A DNA stretch of 63,184 nucleotides, filler included, from Octopus bimaculoides (Eukaryota), in assembly GCF_001194135.2 (NCBI RefSeq). It is 5 parts of 4 records of this genome, joined end to end, with 100 filler letters (N's around TTAATTAATTAA, not from the genome) between each part and the next. Parts side by side here need not be neighbours in the genome. Positions count along the whole stretch, not along the records: positions 28,940 to 42,958 come from NC_068988.1; positions 43,059 to 63,184 come from NC_068981.1; 3 more parts are not named here. One strand, given 5' to 3'. The position numbers were made by a program, and so were the translations under genes. How positions within the stretch are numbered: the stretch's first letter is position 1; each line of letters opens with the position of its first letter. Under the pieces are notes generated by a model. The model was given only the letters and a program-made list of their open reading frames with translations, was not told the DNA's origin and searched no databases. Positions 37,997 through 51,495 of the stretch are shown piece by piece.

Positions 37997-38873
37997 TACA
38001 TATATTTGATATAAGTACTTGAAGACTGTTTTATTGACCCAGGAAAAATGAATGAAGTCAATCTGGGCAAGATTTGAACTCAGACTGGTTACTGACGTGG
38101 AGATATGGTCTCAAATTTTAGAGTGGATAAATTACCTCCAGTACAACTTGATTTGAACTTTACTTTATTTTACCTCAAAGGGATTAAAGGTAAAGTTGAA
38201 TCCAATAGGATTTGAACTCAGGACATTAGGATACATAACTAAATATTGCAAAATAGGTATTTATGTACTTTAATGATTTTGCCTCTTAATTCCTCTAATA
38301 ATAATTGCAACAACAGCAACAACAATAATTGTTTCTAGTTCAGGTACATGACTAACAATTTTGAGGGGAGGGGCACGGTTGAATTCAGAATATTCAGAAC
38401 CAAAACAAATATCATACAGGTGATTCTCTTTTTCTTCCAATGCTCTAACCCTAACTCTCTGGAGGAGTGGGGTTTAATTAAATCTACTTTATTTTATTGA
38501 TCCTGGAAGGATGAAAGGTAATGTTGGCTTTGGTAGCATTTGAACCCAGAACATAAAGAGTCAATTTCAAATGCTGTAAGACATTTTTGTTTCATGCTCT
38601 AACAATTTTGTCAATCCAATAATATAATACTAGTACTAATATTATTAATATTAACAACAATAACGACAACAAAATTAACAAGTATCAATGTAATGTTAGT
38701 TGTTGTAGAGAGAATATTTCTGTCAAATATTTGGTTTGAGCATTTCCTTATTTATTTTTGAAAAAAAATGATGATTGAAAGAACAAAAATGTATTTTTGA
38801 ATAAAAAAAACATCAAAAGAAACCAACGAAGAAGTTATCATCAAACAAAAATTTTAAGAAAAAATATTAAAAT

Positions 38874-38920
<47 letters not shown>

Positions 38921-38932
38921 TATATATATATA

Positions 38933-38977
<45 letters not shown>

Positions 38978-39971
38978 TCTTGTTTTGATGTCTTGAAATT
39001 TTTGATATTTTTGAAAAAAAAGAAAAGAGTGGGAAAAGGAAACAAGAAAGTGTAAAGCAAAAATAAAATAAATTAAAAAAAAAAACGGTTTCCAAAAGAT
39101 TTGCTCTGAGATCTTCAATGTTAGTCACACATTTTTTCTTTTAATGCTATGAGCCAGAGGTGAATAAGAAAGCTATGTCGTAAACAATTCTGTCTATTAC
39201 CGACAATAAACCTTCAATTTCTTTCCAATTAAAGATTTATTCTGTGAAGTCTATTTATTCTGCACAAATTCTCAGCTTGAACTTAAGTATTTTTTTCCCA
39301 CTTTTTGCCTCTTTTATTTTATTATTTTATTTTCATTTGATATGTCGTATTTCATTTTATTTCTAAGGCATTGAATTTACAGCAAATATTGATCATGTGT
39401 CAAATATTGAACATGTATTTGTCAATATTAAGGAATTTACGAACCAAACTAGACAATTCTTGGTATAATAATCGAAGACGATCAAGTTCTTAGCTTTCGA
39501 TTAATTTTTCATTCACATGTTTTACTTGTTTTTCTTTCCTTTTATTTCCAAATTTGGATAATTTCCAAACTGCTGACGGCCCTGTATAATTATTACTTAA
39601 AAATATAAAGAATTGTCTTTTCTACCACTCAACTATGAAATGACAGTGGTGGTATGTTTCACCATCTCCATCATTCTTGCAACCATATATTTTTTTATCC
39701 ATGCTGGTATAGAGTGGACAGTTGTCATGATCTAAATCTGCAGTTCTCGACCATTTCTTTTACCTGAGGACTTCTTTGATTCCTATGTCACTTGGGTGGA
39801 CCCTTGAAGCCATTCAATATTTAGCATTTAAACTTGCCATATCCAGTCCAAATACTCAATCTGTTTTAAGTGGATAGTGGATGAGTTGTTTAAAAAAAAA
39901 AAGAATTGGGGTGGGGGCATCAGATGTACTTTTGGCAAATTTCAGGAAGCATGTAAGTTTTGAAAGATATC

Positions 39972-40110
39972 TTAACAGCTAACAACAGATGCAGGTAGTT
40001 TACTCCATGCTTCAGCAATTCTGAATGTAAAAAAAATGTTTCCAAAAGTCATGGGTGCTGTGTTGTTTCTTGATTTTGTAAGCCTGTCCATGAGTGGACA
40101 CAAGCTTACA
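39972..40110 (-). mobile_element. L2/CR1-type LINE, ORF2 C-terminal remnant
   Basis: FFTFRIAEAWSKLPASVVSC matches the FFSxRVVxxWNxLP motif at the end of CR1/L2 ORF2. Confidence 0.7.
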
Positions 40111-40194
40111 TTTTGAATGGAATTCAGAGTTTCTATAAATTGGAAAAGTGTAACACACAATTTGAATAGTGGATTAGGCTGTGATACATATGTG

Positions 40195-40597
40195 CAGGGC
40201 CAGATTAAAACCGATAAAGGCCCTAAGCACTTAAAGGTTTTTGTGAAATGTAAACAAAAATAATTCAAAATGTAAGCAATAATAAATCATTAACTGAATT
40301 TTTATTTTTCAAAAGAAACAAAATTTACAGTAAGATGGAAAATAATGTTTATTTTTGTATGCTTCTACTTTATTTATATTTGAAAAGTTTACTTCTTTCT
40401 TTTTTTTTTAATTGCAAAGTGTTCGATGATATCGTTAAAATTAATTTTATGTAAAATTTCTGCTTCTAACAAATATCATTTTAGCAAGTTTAAAGTGATT
40501 TCTTTCATGCCATAAACCATTTTCATTTCTGTGGTGCCCCCATCCCTTGATGCCTTAAGCACTTGCTTATTTTACTTAATGGGTTAATCCAACGCTG
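40195..40597. mobile_element. Non-autonomous DNA transposon (MITE), superfamily uncertain
   Basis: CAGGGCCAGATTAA ... TTAATCCAACGCTG imperfect TIRs (10/14); subterminal GCCCTAAGCACT / GCCTTAAGCACT motif at both ends. Confidence 0.5.
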
Positions 40598-40879
40598 CCA
40601 ATGTGGGATATCTACAGTTCATATACTTAACTAAAACCGACATAGCCCATTTGGTTGTATCTAGGTACCACAGTCTCTGGTAGTTTCATTTTTTACTTTT
40701 TTGTAAAAAACATTTTCATTCTCTCTCTTCTTGAAAATTTGCCATGCAATGAAAGCCGGTTAGAAATCTATATTAAAATATGCTTTCAGTTTAGCATTCT
40801 GCTTTATTATTACTTTTCATTTTTCTATTATTTCTCCACGTGCGGTTAACACAACCCTACTATTTACTGACTTATATAT

Positions 40880-41055
40880 ATATATATACACACATACACA
40901 TTGGGCTTTTTGGGGGGTTTCTGCTTACCAGCTCCACTGCTAAAACTTTGGTTGACCTGGGCTTGTAGTATAAGACACTTGTCCAAGGTATCATGCAGTG
41001 AGACTGAACCTGAAACCATGTAGTTGGGAAATAAGCTACTTATCACACAGTCACA
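40880..41055 (-). mobile_element. SINE family A, degenerate 5' half
   Basis: Reverse-complement match to the head and body. Confidence 0.7.
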
Positions 41056-41164
41056 TAAATTGCTATTTATGTGCCATATTTATGCATGCCTGTGTATGTG
41101 CATAAATCCATCAACAGACCAACACAGGAAACATTTTCATAATTGTTTGTATTTTGATTAATTC

Positions 41165-41210
<46 letters not shown>

Positions 41211-41699
41211 GTACATATTTACTAATTTACAGCCATACAAATACACATGTACACAAGTACAGAGACACATACATATGCATCCACATATAACTATAGACAC
41301 ATCAATACAATACATACATCAATATACCATAAAAATCATGACTGCAGCTTGCACCTTAACGCTCCATGTATTTTCCATATTTTCTGCATGACTGAATATG
41401 TCTGTGTAAATGAATATCACGAATGAAGTCAATTTCTCAAGGAAATTCCCAATAAAGATAACTTAGCTATAGAGCCAAGACTAAAGTAAAACAGGGGAGG
41501 TTGGATGATATATCATTAGTGACAAATAGTTTACTTAGTATTGTATGCAATATCAACATTCTATAGATTAATGGTTCTCTGTGTATGCATATGTCTTCAT
41601 AGAATTAATGTGTATGTGTACGTTTCTGTTTATATATTTTTATGTTTTGGTCTATAAATATATGTGCATATATATTTATATATTAATATTTATAAATTA

Positions 41700-42582
41700 C
41701 ATGGTGATGAGCTGGCAGAAATATCAGCATGCCGGGCAAAATGCTTTGCGGTATTTCTCTGTCTTTATGTTCTGGGTTCAAATTCTTCCGAGGTCGACAT
41801 TGCTTTCATCCTTTCGGGGTCAATAAACTAAGTATCAGTTGTGTACTGGGGTGGATTTAATTGACTGGCCCCCTCCCCTAAAATTTCGGACTTTGTGCCT
41901 AGAGTAGAAAAGAATATTTATGTATTACAAGGCATTGTGCTGGTAGGATCATTACTGCACTAAAAAAAAAATGCTTAGCAGCATTCCTTCCGACTTTACA
42001 TTTTGAATTCAAATACCACCGCGGTTGACTTTGCCGCTCATCATTTTGGGATCGATAAAATAAGTATAATACCAGTTGAACACTGAGGTTGATGTAATCG
42101 GCTTGCATCCCTACCAACTTGTTGTCCTTAGGCCAAAATTCGAAATCTATATTTATACAAACAAGTGATGATTTTATAAGTGGTGCTGAGTTTTACAATT
42201 CTGTGAATAATAATATTTTCGTTTTAGAAGCTGAAAGCTTATTAGCATTCACTGTGTATTGACTAAAGAAAATTGTCTAATATTGGGGCATATAAGCTCT
42301 CAGCAGAAAAAAAAGTAGGTTTTTCTGTACATGTGGGACTTGAACCCATACCTCTATGTTACCCACATAGAAGTGTGGGTTTAGGCTTATAAAAAAAAAA
42401 GGCAGAATGTCTTGTGGCATTTCATTCATATTTATGTTTTGAGTTCAAATTCTGCTGAGGTTGACTTTGTCTTTTATCCTTTTGGGATCAATGAAATGAA
42501 TACCAGTTAATCTCTGGTGTCAATGTAGTTGACTTACACCCTGCCCAAAATTACTGACCTTGAGCCAAAATGTTAAACCAAT
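41700..42582 (+). mobile_element. Three SINE family B copies (41700-41912, 41935-42150, 42400-42582)
   Basis: Each shows the GAGTTCAAATT/GGGTTCAAATT box and the GACTTTGC...TCATCCTTT...GATCGATAAAATAAGTA core. Confidence 0.8.
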
Positions 42583-42920
42583 ATTTATACATTGCAATAT
42601 AATAGACCTATATCATTTGATTTTACTCATTGGTTTCACATACAATGAGTAAACCATAAAAATTTCAGCCTTTATTTGAAGGGCTGATATGATTCTGTAG
42701 TGTCAGCTCAAATGAGTCTATAATACTATACTGTACAGTGTGACCATAGAGTTTTGATATAAAGGAAATATCACTAATATTCTTGTTTTTTTTACATCTC
42801 CAGATTGTCATTTTCATATCTGTATCCAGACTTTATGGTCACCCTGTACAGATTTTAATGCACCCACTCTATTGGCAATACATATGCCTGTCTTTCCTGC
42901 TTAATGAATTCTTAGATGTC

Positions 42921-42958
<38 letters not shown>

Positions 42959-43221
42959 NNNNNNNNNNNNNNNNNNNNNNNNNNNNNNNNNNNNNNNNNN
43001 NNTTAATTAATTAANNNNNNNNNNNNNNNNNNNNNNNNNNNNNNNNNNNNNNNNNNNNCGTGTCTGTGCCTGTGCCTGTGTATGTCTGTGTCTGTGTGTG
43101 TATTTTCTGAAAATATCTGCTGTATATTTGTTTATGTGAAAGCATGTGTAGAACCATTTTAAATTGAGAATATTCCGTTCAACAAGTGCATTTAGATTCA
43201 CTGTTGTTTGATCATATTTGC

Positions 43222-43274
<53 letters not shown>

Positions 43275-43875
43275 NNNNNNNNNNACACACGCACACACAC
43301 ACACACTTACAAGTATGCGTACGCGAGTATCTGTTTCTTTGTGTCAAAGTATACGATTGTATGTGCATATAATGTTCAAAGCTGAGAGAAAGAAATCTCT
43401 AAGATAAATACTCACGGATATATATTGCCGTTTGTGTAGAATGATTATAGAAATCATCGATGTGTAAAATTCATTTCATCAGATAGTATTCTATCTCTTG
43501 GACTAAGTTACACGTAGATTTGATACGCCTAGCTTGAAGTAAAAGAAACCATCAGATGCAATTTATACACATGGATACTGAAATGCATATACACAGACAT
43601 ATATATATATTCGTCTGTTCAATGACATGACATAATGACATATGCTGATTATTATTATACTTCCTATACCTAGGAACACGAGGCGCAGGTACGGTTGGGT
43701 GGTTTGGTGACTGGATTGCTACAAATCCGCTTCGCAACGACGTGGTTCCAGCTTAGAACCACCATTGTACGTCACTTTAGGGTAAAGTGTCTTCTATCAT
43801 AATCTGGGATTAAGTGTAATTTGGTGTACGAAAACTGTGCATAAGCTCGTAATTGCATCTATCTACCTATCTATC

Positions 43876-44200
43876 TAGCCCAGTGTTTAGAGCGTTGGGC
43901 TCACAATAATGAGTTAATGAGTTCCTTTCCCGGACCGGGCTGTGTGTTATGCTCTTGAGCAAGACACTTTATTTTACGTTACGCCAGTTCACTCAGCTGT
44001 AGAAATGTGTGGCAACATCACTGGTACCAAGCTGTATCGGTCTTTGCTGTTCTCTTGGATAACATCAGTGGTGTGGAGAGGGGAGACTGATATGCATGGG
44101 TGACTGCTGGTCTTCCATAAACGACCTGGTCCGGACTTGTGCCTAGGAGGGGAACTTTCTAGGTGCAATCCCATGATCATTCATGACGGAAGACTGTGTC
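43876..44200 (+). mobile_element. tRNA-headed SINE family D
   Basis: GCCCAGTGTTTAGAGCG A-box-like motif, GAGTTCCTTTCCC B-box-like motif, TTGAGCAAGACACTTTA...CACTCAGCTGTAGAAATG central domain. A separate tRNA-like head lies at 44235-44295. Confidence 0.7.
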
Positions 44201-44394
44201 TTTTATATACACACACGCGCGCGCGTGTGTGTGTTTGTGTGTGCGTGTGTGTGTGGCGCGTAGCTTAGTGGTTAGAGTGTTGCGCTCACGACTAGCCAGT
44301 ATCGTTCGAAGCTCGAATAATACAAAGCGCATTGTGTCATGCGTTATATAACAACATCCGATAGTCTGGTCGACACGTGATCACGTAATGTGTA

Positions 44395-44444
<50 letters not shown>

Positions 44445-45409
44445 CAACAGATGGAAAATGTGTCGATCCTTTATATTGATTGATGGAAAAATTACATCAT
44501 TAGAAAAAAATCGTTTTCATCAGGGGAATACATGAATCACAGCTTTCAAACAGATTCCAAGGGTGCCTTACCATTTAACTGCCTGATGCACTCGAGTCCT
44601 GAACCATTATATATATATATGCATGTATGTACATGCATGTATTCTATGCATATAAGTGTGTGTGAGTGTGTGTATGTGTGTGTGTATGTGTCTGTGTGTC
44701 TGTTTGTGTGAGGTAGATCTCCGTCGTTCGACGATGAGGATTCACTTGTTAGATTAACTGAATTACCTTCTCTTGAATTATCATCGTGTTAATTTGTCGA
44801 GCATTCCACGAAGACGTATAACTTTAATGCAATGTCCATTCAGAATAAACGTAGCACAGCGTGTGCAACAAGATTGTACTTTTTCGATTACATTTATAAT
44901 TCACCGACGTCATTCACATGCTGTGGATCGACTCAAGTGTAGAAAATGACATTTACTTAAGATGTCGTGCTGTGGCAGTGAAATTGAACCCGTTACCTCG
45001 TGATTGAGAAGCGAACTTCTTAACCATTCGGCTATACTACAGTTGCACACCCATACACACATGCATACATACATACACTTGCTCGAGTATAGTCGAACCC
45101 AGAACCATGTGGCTGTGAAGTGGACTTCTAAACTACAAGGCTATGCCTGTGTATTTGATCAAGAGCTAATTTTATCACTATCTATGACGAATATTACTAA
45201 TTAAGTGCCATATACACTCGCCTGCTTTTAACATACCTGATAAATACCTAAATGTTGAGAAAATACTTTCCGAATCATCGGGTGTCCAACTTTAGCTTAT
45301 GAAGCATTAATGGATAAGAAATAAATCTCCCCATCGATTAGTCTGTAGCGGGAACATTCAGCAATCGCCCGACATCACGATTCACTCGAATATTGTCCAT
45401 GTGATCAAC

Positions 45410-45540
45410 AAAATCTCACCAATCACGACTTCGCATCGAATAAGCTCCAACAATGAATTTTTCTTCTGGCGCGCTTCATTCTGATCCTATCGACCAGTAT
45501 AAATTCAGTACGTCATGAACATTAGAGAACTTTGGCATGC
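45410..45540 (+). promoter_or_regulatory. Candidate Pol II promoter (CCAAT 45419-45423, TATAAA 45498-45503)
   Basis: The motifs are spaced canonically in a repeat-free, CpG-richer island, followed by about 650 nt of unique sequence ending at a consensus donor CAA|GTAAGT (46173/46174). Confidence 0.3.
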
Positions 45541-46155
45541 AGCAGACAGAGCATTGACAGACACTAGGAATTAACCAACCGAGACGGAGGACAGCAGCTG
45601 ACAACACAAAGGCAATGAACAGCCAGAGGACGACCAATACTAGAAGTTTGCAGTCGGCAATCAACTAACAACACTTTATCTACTACTACACCAAGGACAA
45701 AAACTTTCTCGACGTTTTCTCGTTCGTAGTAACGACAACTAGCATTTCTTGTTTATCAAAATCTCAACAGACTCCAGTGTTTCTTGCCGTACAAGTCTAT
45801 TGTTGTGCTGAGAGTCACTAAAATACTGATACTTTCCATGCTGCCATTCCAGAGTTAGATAGTATGCAGAACCATTGACAGATACAATTTTTGCTCTTGT
45901 ACACAACATGTATGTAACAAGACACAATCCACCAATTACTCGGCTGCTTTTAAGATAACGTATCTGCGTTTCGCAGTTCTTTTCCCTTTCATACACAGAT
46001 CTTTAGATCTTCATCTATACAATCTGGCAACTGAGCGGTTGGACATCATACCATCACATATAAATGACAAACTCACCCTTTTAGAAGAGAGACTCATACA
46101 CAATAACAGCTGGTAATCACTGTTTTCATCGTTTAACTCCAGGTCAATTCTGAAT

Positions 46156-46173
46156 ATGAAGACCACCCAGCAA
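46156..46173 (+). CDS. Candidate first coding segment MKTTQQ
   Basis: ATG with an in-frame upstream stop, ending at the GTAAGT donor. It overlaps an equally plausible minus-strand exon (46077-46149). Confidence 0.2.
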
Positions 46174-46726
46174 GTAAGTATTCCAGCCGTAACCAAACTG
46201 ATTTCCTTTTGTTTGTTTTTCTTCTTTTTCAGATATTCGCATCCAAAAACAAATTGTCTAGATTATTTTTTAATTTTTGACGGTGGATTGTAATTTGAGG
46301 AATATTTGGCTCCTATCTCTAGTGAATCAGGGCAGCCATTTCACGCCACTTTTACTGAAAACAACAAGAGAACCTCGGGGAACCCCATTGCTTTCAGTAA
46401 AAAGTGGTGTCAAATGTTAGCAGGTGTCGTAAGATGATACGATTAATTACGTTCAACAAATTACTTACATTTGGTGTAAGGTCTTTTAAAGCCATTTACT
46501 GTATCTCTAGAACATCCAATTTTGCTAATGAACTCTATTCTGTCTCTTTCTTTCTCACTCCCTCTCTAATTATCTATCTCTTTCAATCTGTGTGAGTGTA
46601 TGCATACATACACACACCCATACACAAACACATATATATACCCTTACACATATTTGTGTGTGTGTGTGTCTGGGCGTCTGTGTCAATGTGTAACTTAGTG
46701 TGTGTATACAGATAGATAGATAGATT

Positions 46727-46768
<42 letters not shown>

Positions 46769-47435
46769 TAGATAGATAGATAGATAGATATGTAGACCAG
46801 TTCGTTAGGATCACATCTGGATGAATGTAAGCGCAATCGATTTCTCTTACATAAAGAGTTAAGTACCCTGAAGACGTGGCGGGTGTTTCCTTTGGCGTAA
46901 TATTGGTATAATCAATAAAAATGCTTTGTTACTGAAACATATGTAGCACGGATTAACGTGCCAATGCTCACTTTTTAACTTCGTGGCATATATATATATA
47001 TATATATATAACGTGTATGTTTAACAATATCGTTACAAGGACGTCTTAATGGCAGAGGAGACAACTTAGCTGTGTTGGATCTGCAGCTATTCTAAGTAGA
47101 AGGAAAATGGCTATAGTCTAGTTGACGATAACAATATTAACAGCAACCAGCAACGCTAATGGTATTTACATACACGAAAAAGATTGTTTGAAATGTCTGT
47201 TGTGACATATAATGAAATATAATATATTTTAAATAAAATGAATGAGATGGAAAGGAAAAGGGCGTTACGACAAGAGAGGGTAAAAAACATGGAGATAGAA
47301 AACACACAATCCTCCCAATTCAGAGGGGAGAGAAAGGAAAAGAAAGAAGTGTGGGGTAAATTCAACAGAGAAAGAAAGGTCACAGGAAGATGCAGACAGG
47401 GAGAAAAAATAAAGGATAGTCACTGCTATAAATAG

Positions 47436-47501
<66 letters not shown>

Positions 47502-48301
47502 CAGACAGACAGAAAGAAAGAGAGAGAGAGAGAGAGAGAGATGAAGTGAATATTTTATGTAAATTCGATTCGTCAGACAATAGTCATGTTTGTGTGAATA
47601 TTTAGTGCAAATTTCATATCAAGCAAAATTTAAAGCCAAATAAATATATCCAAATATTTTTCTTCTGTTTAAACAATAACTACCAGGCACATACTGATGG
47701 ATATGGGTAACATATTGCCAATTACTCTATATTTTCGGCTACTTCATGAATTATTAAAAAATAAATTAACGAAAATACATATCCGAATAAGACGACTACT
47801 TTTTTATATTGCCGATATTTTCCTGTTTTTTCTTTGTGTTTTTGGCGGGGGACTAAAATGAAAAGCTCTATTGTTAGAAAAAAAAATGTGATTCTTAATA
47901 AATAACCTTCACTATTCAGTTAAGAGTATGCCATGACCATATATCCTATCACGCGACCAAATGGAAAGCGCAGACTATATGCAACGTTACTAACAGAAGA
48001 ACGAGAAAACAAATATTTTGCTTGAGTGTTGAGTGTTATGTTGTTTCTTATGTTATATGTCATAAATGCAATGCTATTAATGTGAAATATCTTACTAAAT
48101 ATACATTAAAGAAGTATAAATAAAATGTTTGGAAAAAAAAATACTAGATTTGATTAATAGATTTACCAATGCTGTAGATGTTCCAAACATACTCATTTCA
48201 TCCTTATGTCTTGCTATCACATTACAGTATTTATCCTATATATTCAATCATGTTTAAGAGAGTAGAGTAAAACTTCATGTAGATTTGGTTCCTATTTCCA
48301 G

Positions 48302-48360
48302 CAAGTCGAAGGGCAGCGAAGAGGTTCCCCCATTGGTACAAACATTCATTGTTGGGAGAG
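48302..48360 (+). CDS. Candidate 59-nt internal exon
   Basis: Acceptor TTTGGTTCCTATTTCCAG, donor GAG|GTACGT. Open in all three frames, so the product is undetermined. Confidence 0.3.
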
Positions 48361-48961
48361 GTACGTAAAGACTTCACAGATCATGTATATGTATACTCTT
48401 TTACTCTTTTACTTGTTTCAGTCATTTGACTGCGGCCATGCTGGAACACCGCCTGTAGTCGAGCAAATCGACCCCAGGACTTATTCTTTGTAAGCCTAGT
48501 GCTTATTCTATCGGTCTCTTTTGCCGAACCTCTATGTTACGGGAAGGTAAACACACCAGCATCGGTTGTCAAGCNNNNNNNNNNNNNNNNNNNNNNNNNN
48601 NNNNNNNNNNNNNNNNNNNNNNNNNNNNNNNNNNNNNNNNNNNNNNNNNNNNNNNNNNNNNNNNNNNNNNNNNNNNNNNNNNNNNNNNNNNNNNNNNNNN
48701 NNNNNNNNNNNNNNNNNNNNNNNNNNNNNNNNNNNNNNNNNNNNNNNNNNNNNNNNNNNNNNNNNNNNNNNNNNNNNNNNNNNNNNNNNNNNNNNNNNNN
48801 NNNNNNNNNNNNNNNNNNNNNNNNNNNNNNNNNNNNNNNNNNNNNNNNNNNNNNNNNNNNNNNNNNNNNNNNNNNNNNNNNNNNNNNNNNNNNNNNNNNN
48901 NNNNNNNNNNNNNNNNNNNNNNNNNNNNNNNNNNNNNNNNNNNNNNNNNNNNNNNNNNNNN

Positions 48962-49005
<44 letters not shown>

Positions 49006-49406
49006 TGTGAGTGTGTGTGTGAAACGGCTATGTGGATAAAGTGTTGGATAAACAGATCAAGATAAGACATTCGCTTGAAACTGTTACTAGATTTTTCGTT
49101 GTTTCAGTTGCATTGATTCATCTACTGGCCTCAGATTGTATGAAGTTACTATATGGTTCAACGCCAGACTACTTTACACCAATTGACACGGTCTGCCTTA
49201 ACATTCAATCCAGACTTCGGATCACACTGAAAGCCAGACGTTTATGTGCAACAATATATTCCATGTTAAACTCAATATAGGAAAGAAATTCACCGCAGGT
49301 GATACAGGTTCCTCGATCGCGGTGGATTGCTATCATATGTGTATTTGTATACATATATATGATACTGAATTTGGTATCGGATATATACATACATACATAC
49401 ATACAT

Positions 49407-49437
<31 letters not shown>

Positions 49438-49794
49438 TACATACATACATACATACATACATACATAAATACATACATACATACATACACACACACATAC
49501 ATACATACATACATACATACATACATACATACATAAATACATACATACATACGTACATACATACATATGGTATTAGATAACGAGCTCATGGATCTTGCGT
49601 TCAATTCCGCTGCAGGTGTTTGATTGTGTATATAAGCTGCGCAATGACTTACGCATGAGTCACTTCAATAAGCAAATAAATGTATTATCATTTGGGAATT
49701 TTAACTGACATAAGGAAGAAAAACAATCAGTACCGACCAGATTTATACACAAGCATGCACACGCACACACGTACATTCATATATATATATGTAT

Positions 49795-49835
<41 letters not shown>

Positions 49836-50751
49836 NNNNNNNNNNNNNNNNNNNNNNNNNNNNNNNNNNNNNNNNNNNNNNNNNNNNNNNNNNNNNNNNN
49901 NNNNNNNNNNNNNNNNNNNNNNNNNNNNNNNNNNNNNNNNNNNNNNNNNNNNNNNNNNNNNNNNNNNNNNNNNNNNNNNNNNNNNNNNNNNNNNNNNNNN
50001 NNNNNNNNNNNNNNNNNNNNNNNNNNNNNNNNNNNNNNNNNNNNNNNNNNNNNNNNNNNNNNNNNNNNNNNNNNNNNNNNNNNNNNNNNNNNNNNNNNNN
50101 NNNNNNNNNNNNNNNNNNNNNNNNNNNNNNNNNNNNNNNNNNNNNNNNNNNNNNNNNNNNNNNNNNNNNNNNNNNNNNNNNNNNNNNNNNNNNNNNNNNN
50201 NNNNNNNNNNNNNNNNNNNNNNNNNNNNNNNNNNNNNNNNNNNNNNNNNNNNNNNNNNNNNNNNNNNNNNNNNNNNNNNNNNNNNNNNNNNNNNNNNNNN
50301 NNNNNNNNNNNNNNNNNNNNNNNNNNNNNNNNNNNNNNNNNNNNNNNNNNNNNNNNNNNNNNNNNNNNNNNNNNNNNNNNNNNNNNNNNNNNNNNNNNNN
50401 NNNNNNNNNNNNNNNNNNNNNNNNNNNNNNNNNNNNNNNNNNNNNNNNNNNNNNNNNNNNNNNNNNNNNNNNNNNNNNNNNNNNNNNNNNNNNNNNNNNN
50501 NNNNNNNNNNNNNNNNNNNNNNNNNNNNNNNNNNNNNNNNNNNNNNNNNNNNNNNNNNNNNNNNNNNNNNNNNNNNNNNNNNNNNNNNNNNNNNNNNNNN
50601 NNNNNNNNNNNNNNNNNNNNNNNNNNNNNNNNNNNNNNNNNNNNNNNNNNNNNNNNNNNNNNNNNNNNNNNNNNNNNNNNNNNNNNNNNNNNNNNNNNNN
50701 NNNNNNNNNNNNNNNNNNNNNNNNNNNNNNTATATATATACATATAGTTCT

Positions 50752-50880
50752 ATATTTAAGAGATGAAGAATCATGTACAGTATTTACATTTGACGGATAT
50801 TTGTCCTCTTCTTGTTTGTTGATAACACAACCTTTCGGCTGATATACTCTCTTGGGGAAACTTCGAACCTGGATTCTCAT
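50752..50880 (-). mobile_element. Truncated copy of the HHR-bearing tail of the 62345-62623 SINE
   Basis: Same sequence as 62345-62490, but the CTGATGA-containing segment is deleted and the ACGT palindrome is changed to AGGT. Confidence 0.8.
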
Positions 50881-50881
50881 T

Positions 50882-51495
50882 CATGTGAAGTTGGTCTTAA
50901 TTGAGAATTTTTATCCTTTCTGGAATGTGAATTCCGAGCCTTCAGTTAAGTATGGGTATGTACCACAATTAGGTCGTCTGCATTTTTTAACTGTTGGTGT
51001 CGTTTGTATTGGGTATAGTTTTGCATTTGTTAGGAGAGTCTCTTGTGTGATTTGTCTTGTCTTTTGCATTTTAGTAGTTTGTGTGCATTTAGGATGCTGT
51101 TCATTTTCGGGTCTTGTGTGAGCAGAGGGAGATTTTGTATAATTGTGTTGTATGCTTCATTGTTTCTAGTGTTGTGGGTTGATATGTATGGGAGTGATTT
51201 AGGGTGAGGTGTGGTGTTATGTTTTGTTGTCCTTGGTGTATTTGTGTCCAATTTTTTAGCACGTTTAATTCCATGTTCTATAAGTGTAGGTGGGTATTGA
51301 CGTTCAATGAGTGTTATTTTGAGTTCTTGTAGGCGAAGTTCCCGAGTGGTTGTGTCAGATACAATTGTGCAGATCCTTTTTGCTAGATTGAATGAGATAT
51401 TTATTTTGGTGTGTTTAGGATGGCATGAACTGAGAAAGAGATACTGTTTTGAGTCTGTTAGTTTGTAGTAAACGTCGGTTGCAATTGCAACCGAC
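50882..51495 (-). mobile_element. Penelope-like element, RT C-terminus and linker, truncated at both ends
   Basis: TDVYYKLTDSKQYLFLSSCHPKHTKINISFNLAKRICTIVSD...LIERQYPPTLIEHGI, then KCRRPNCGTYPYL...FSIKTNFT. These are PLE thumb/HTH and Cys-linker motifs. Confidence 0.9.

Noticed and set aside
45476-45664. Signal-peptide-like minus ORF MIADCKLLVLVVLWLF...
   Set aside because: Starts at TTG, not ATG; the hydrophobicity is the expected antisense of CA-rich sequence.
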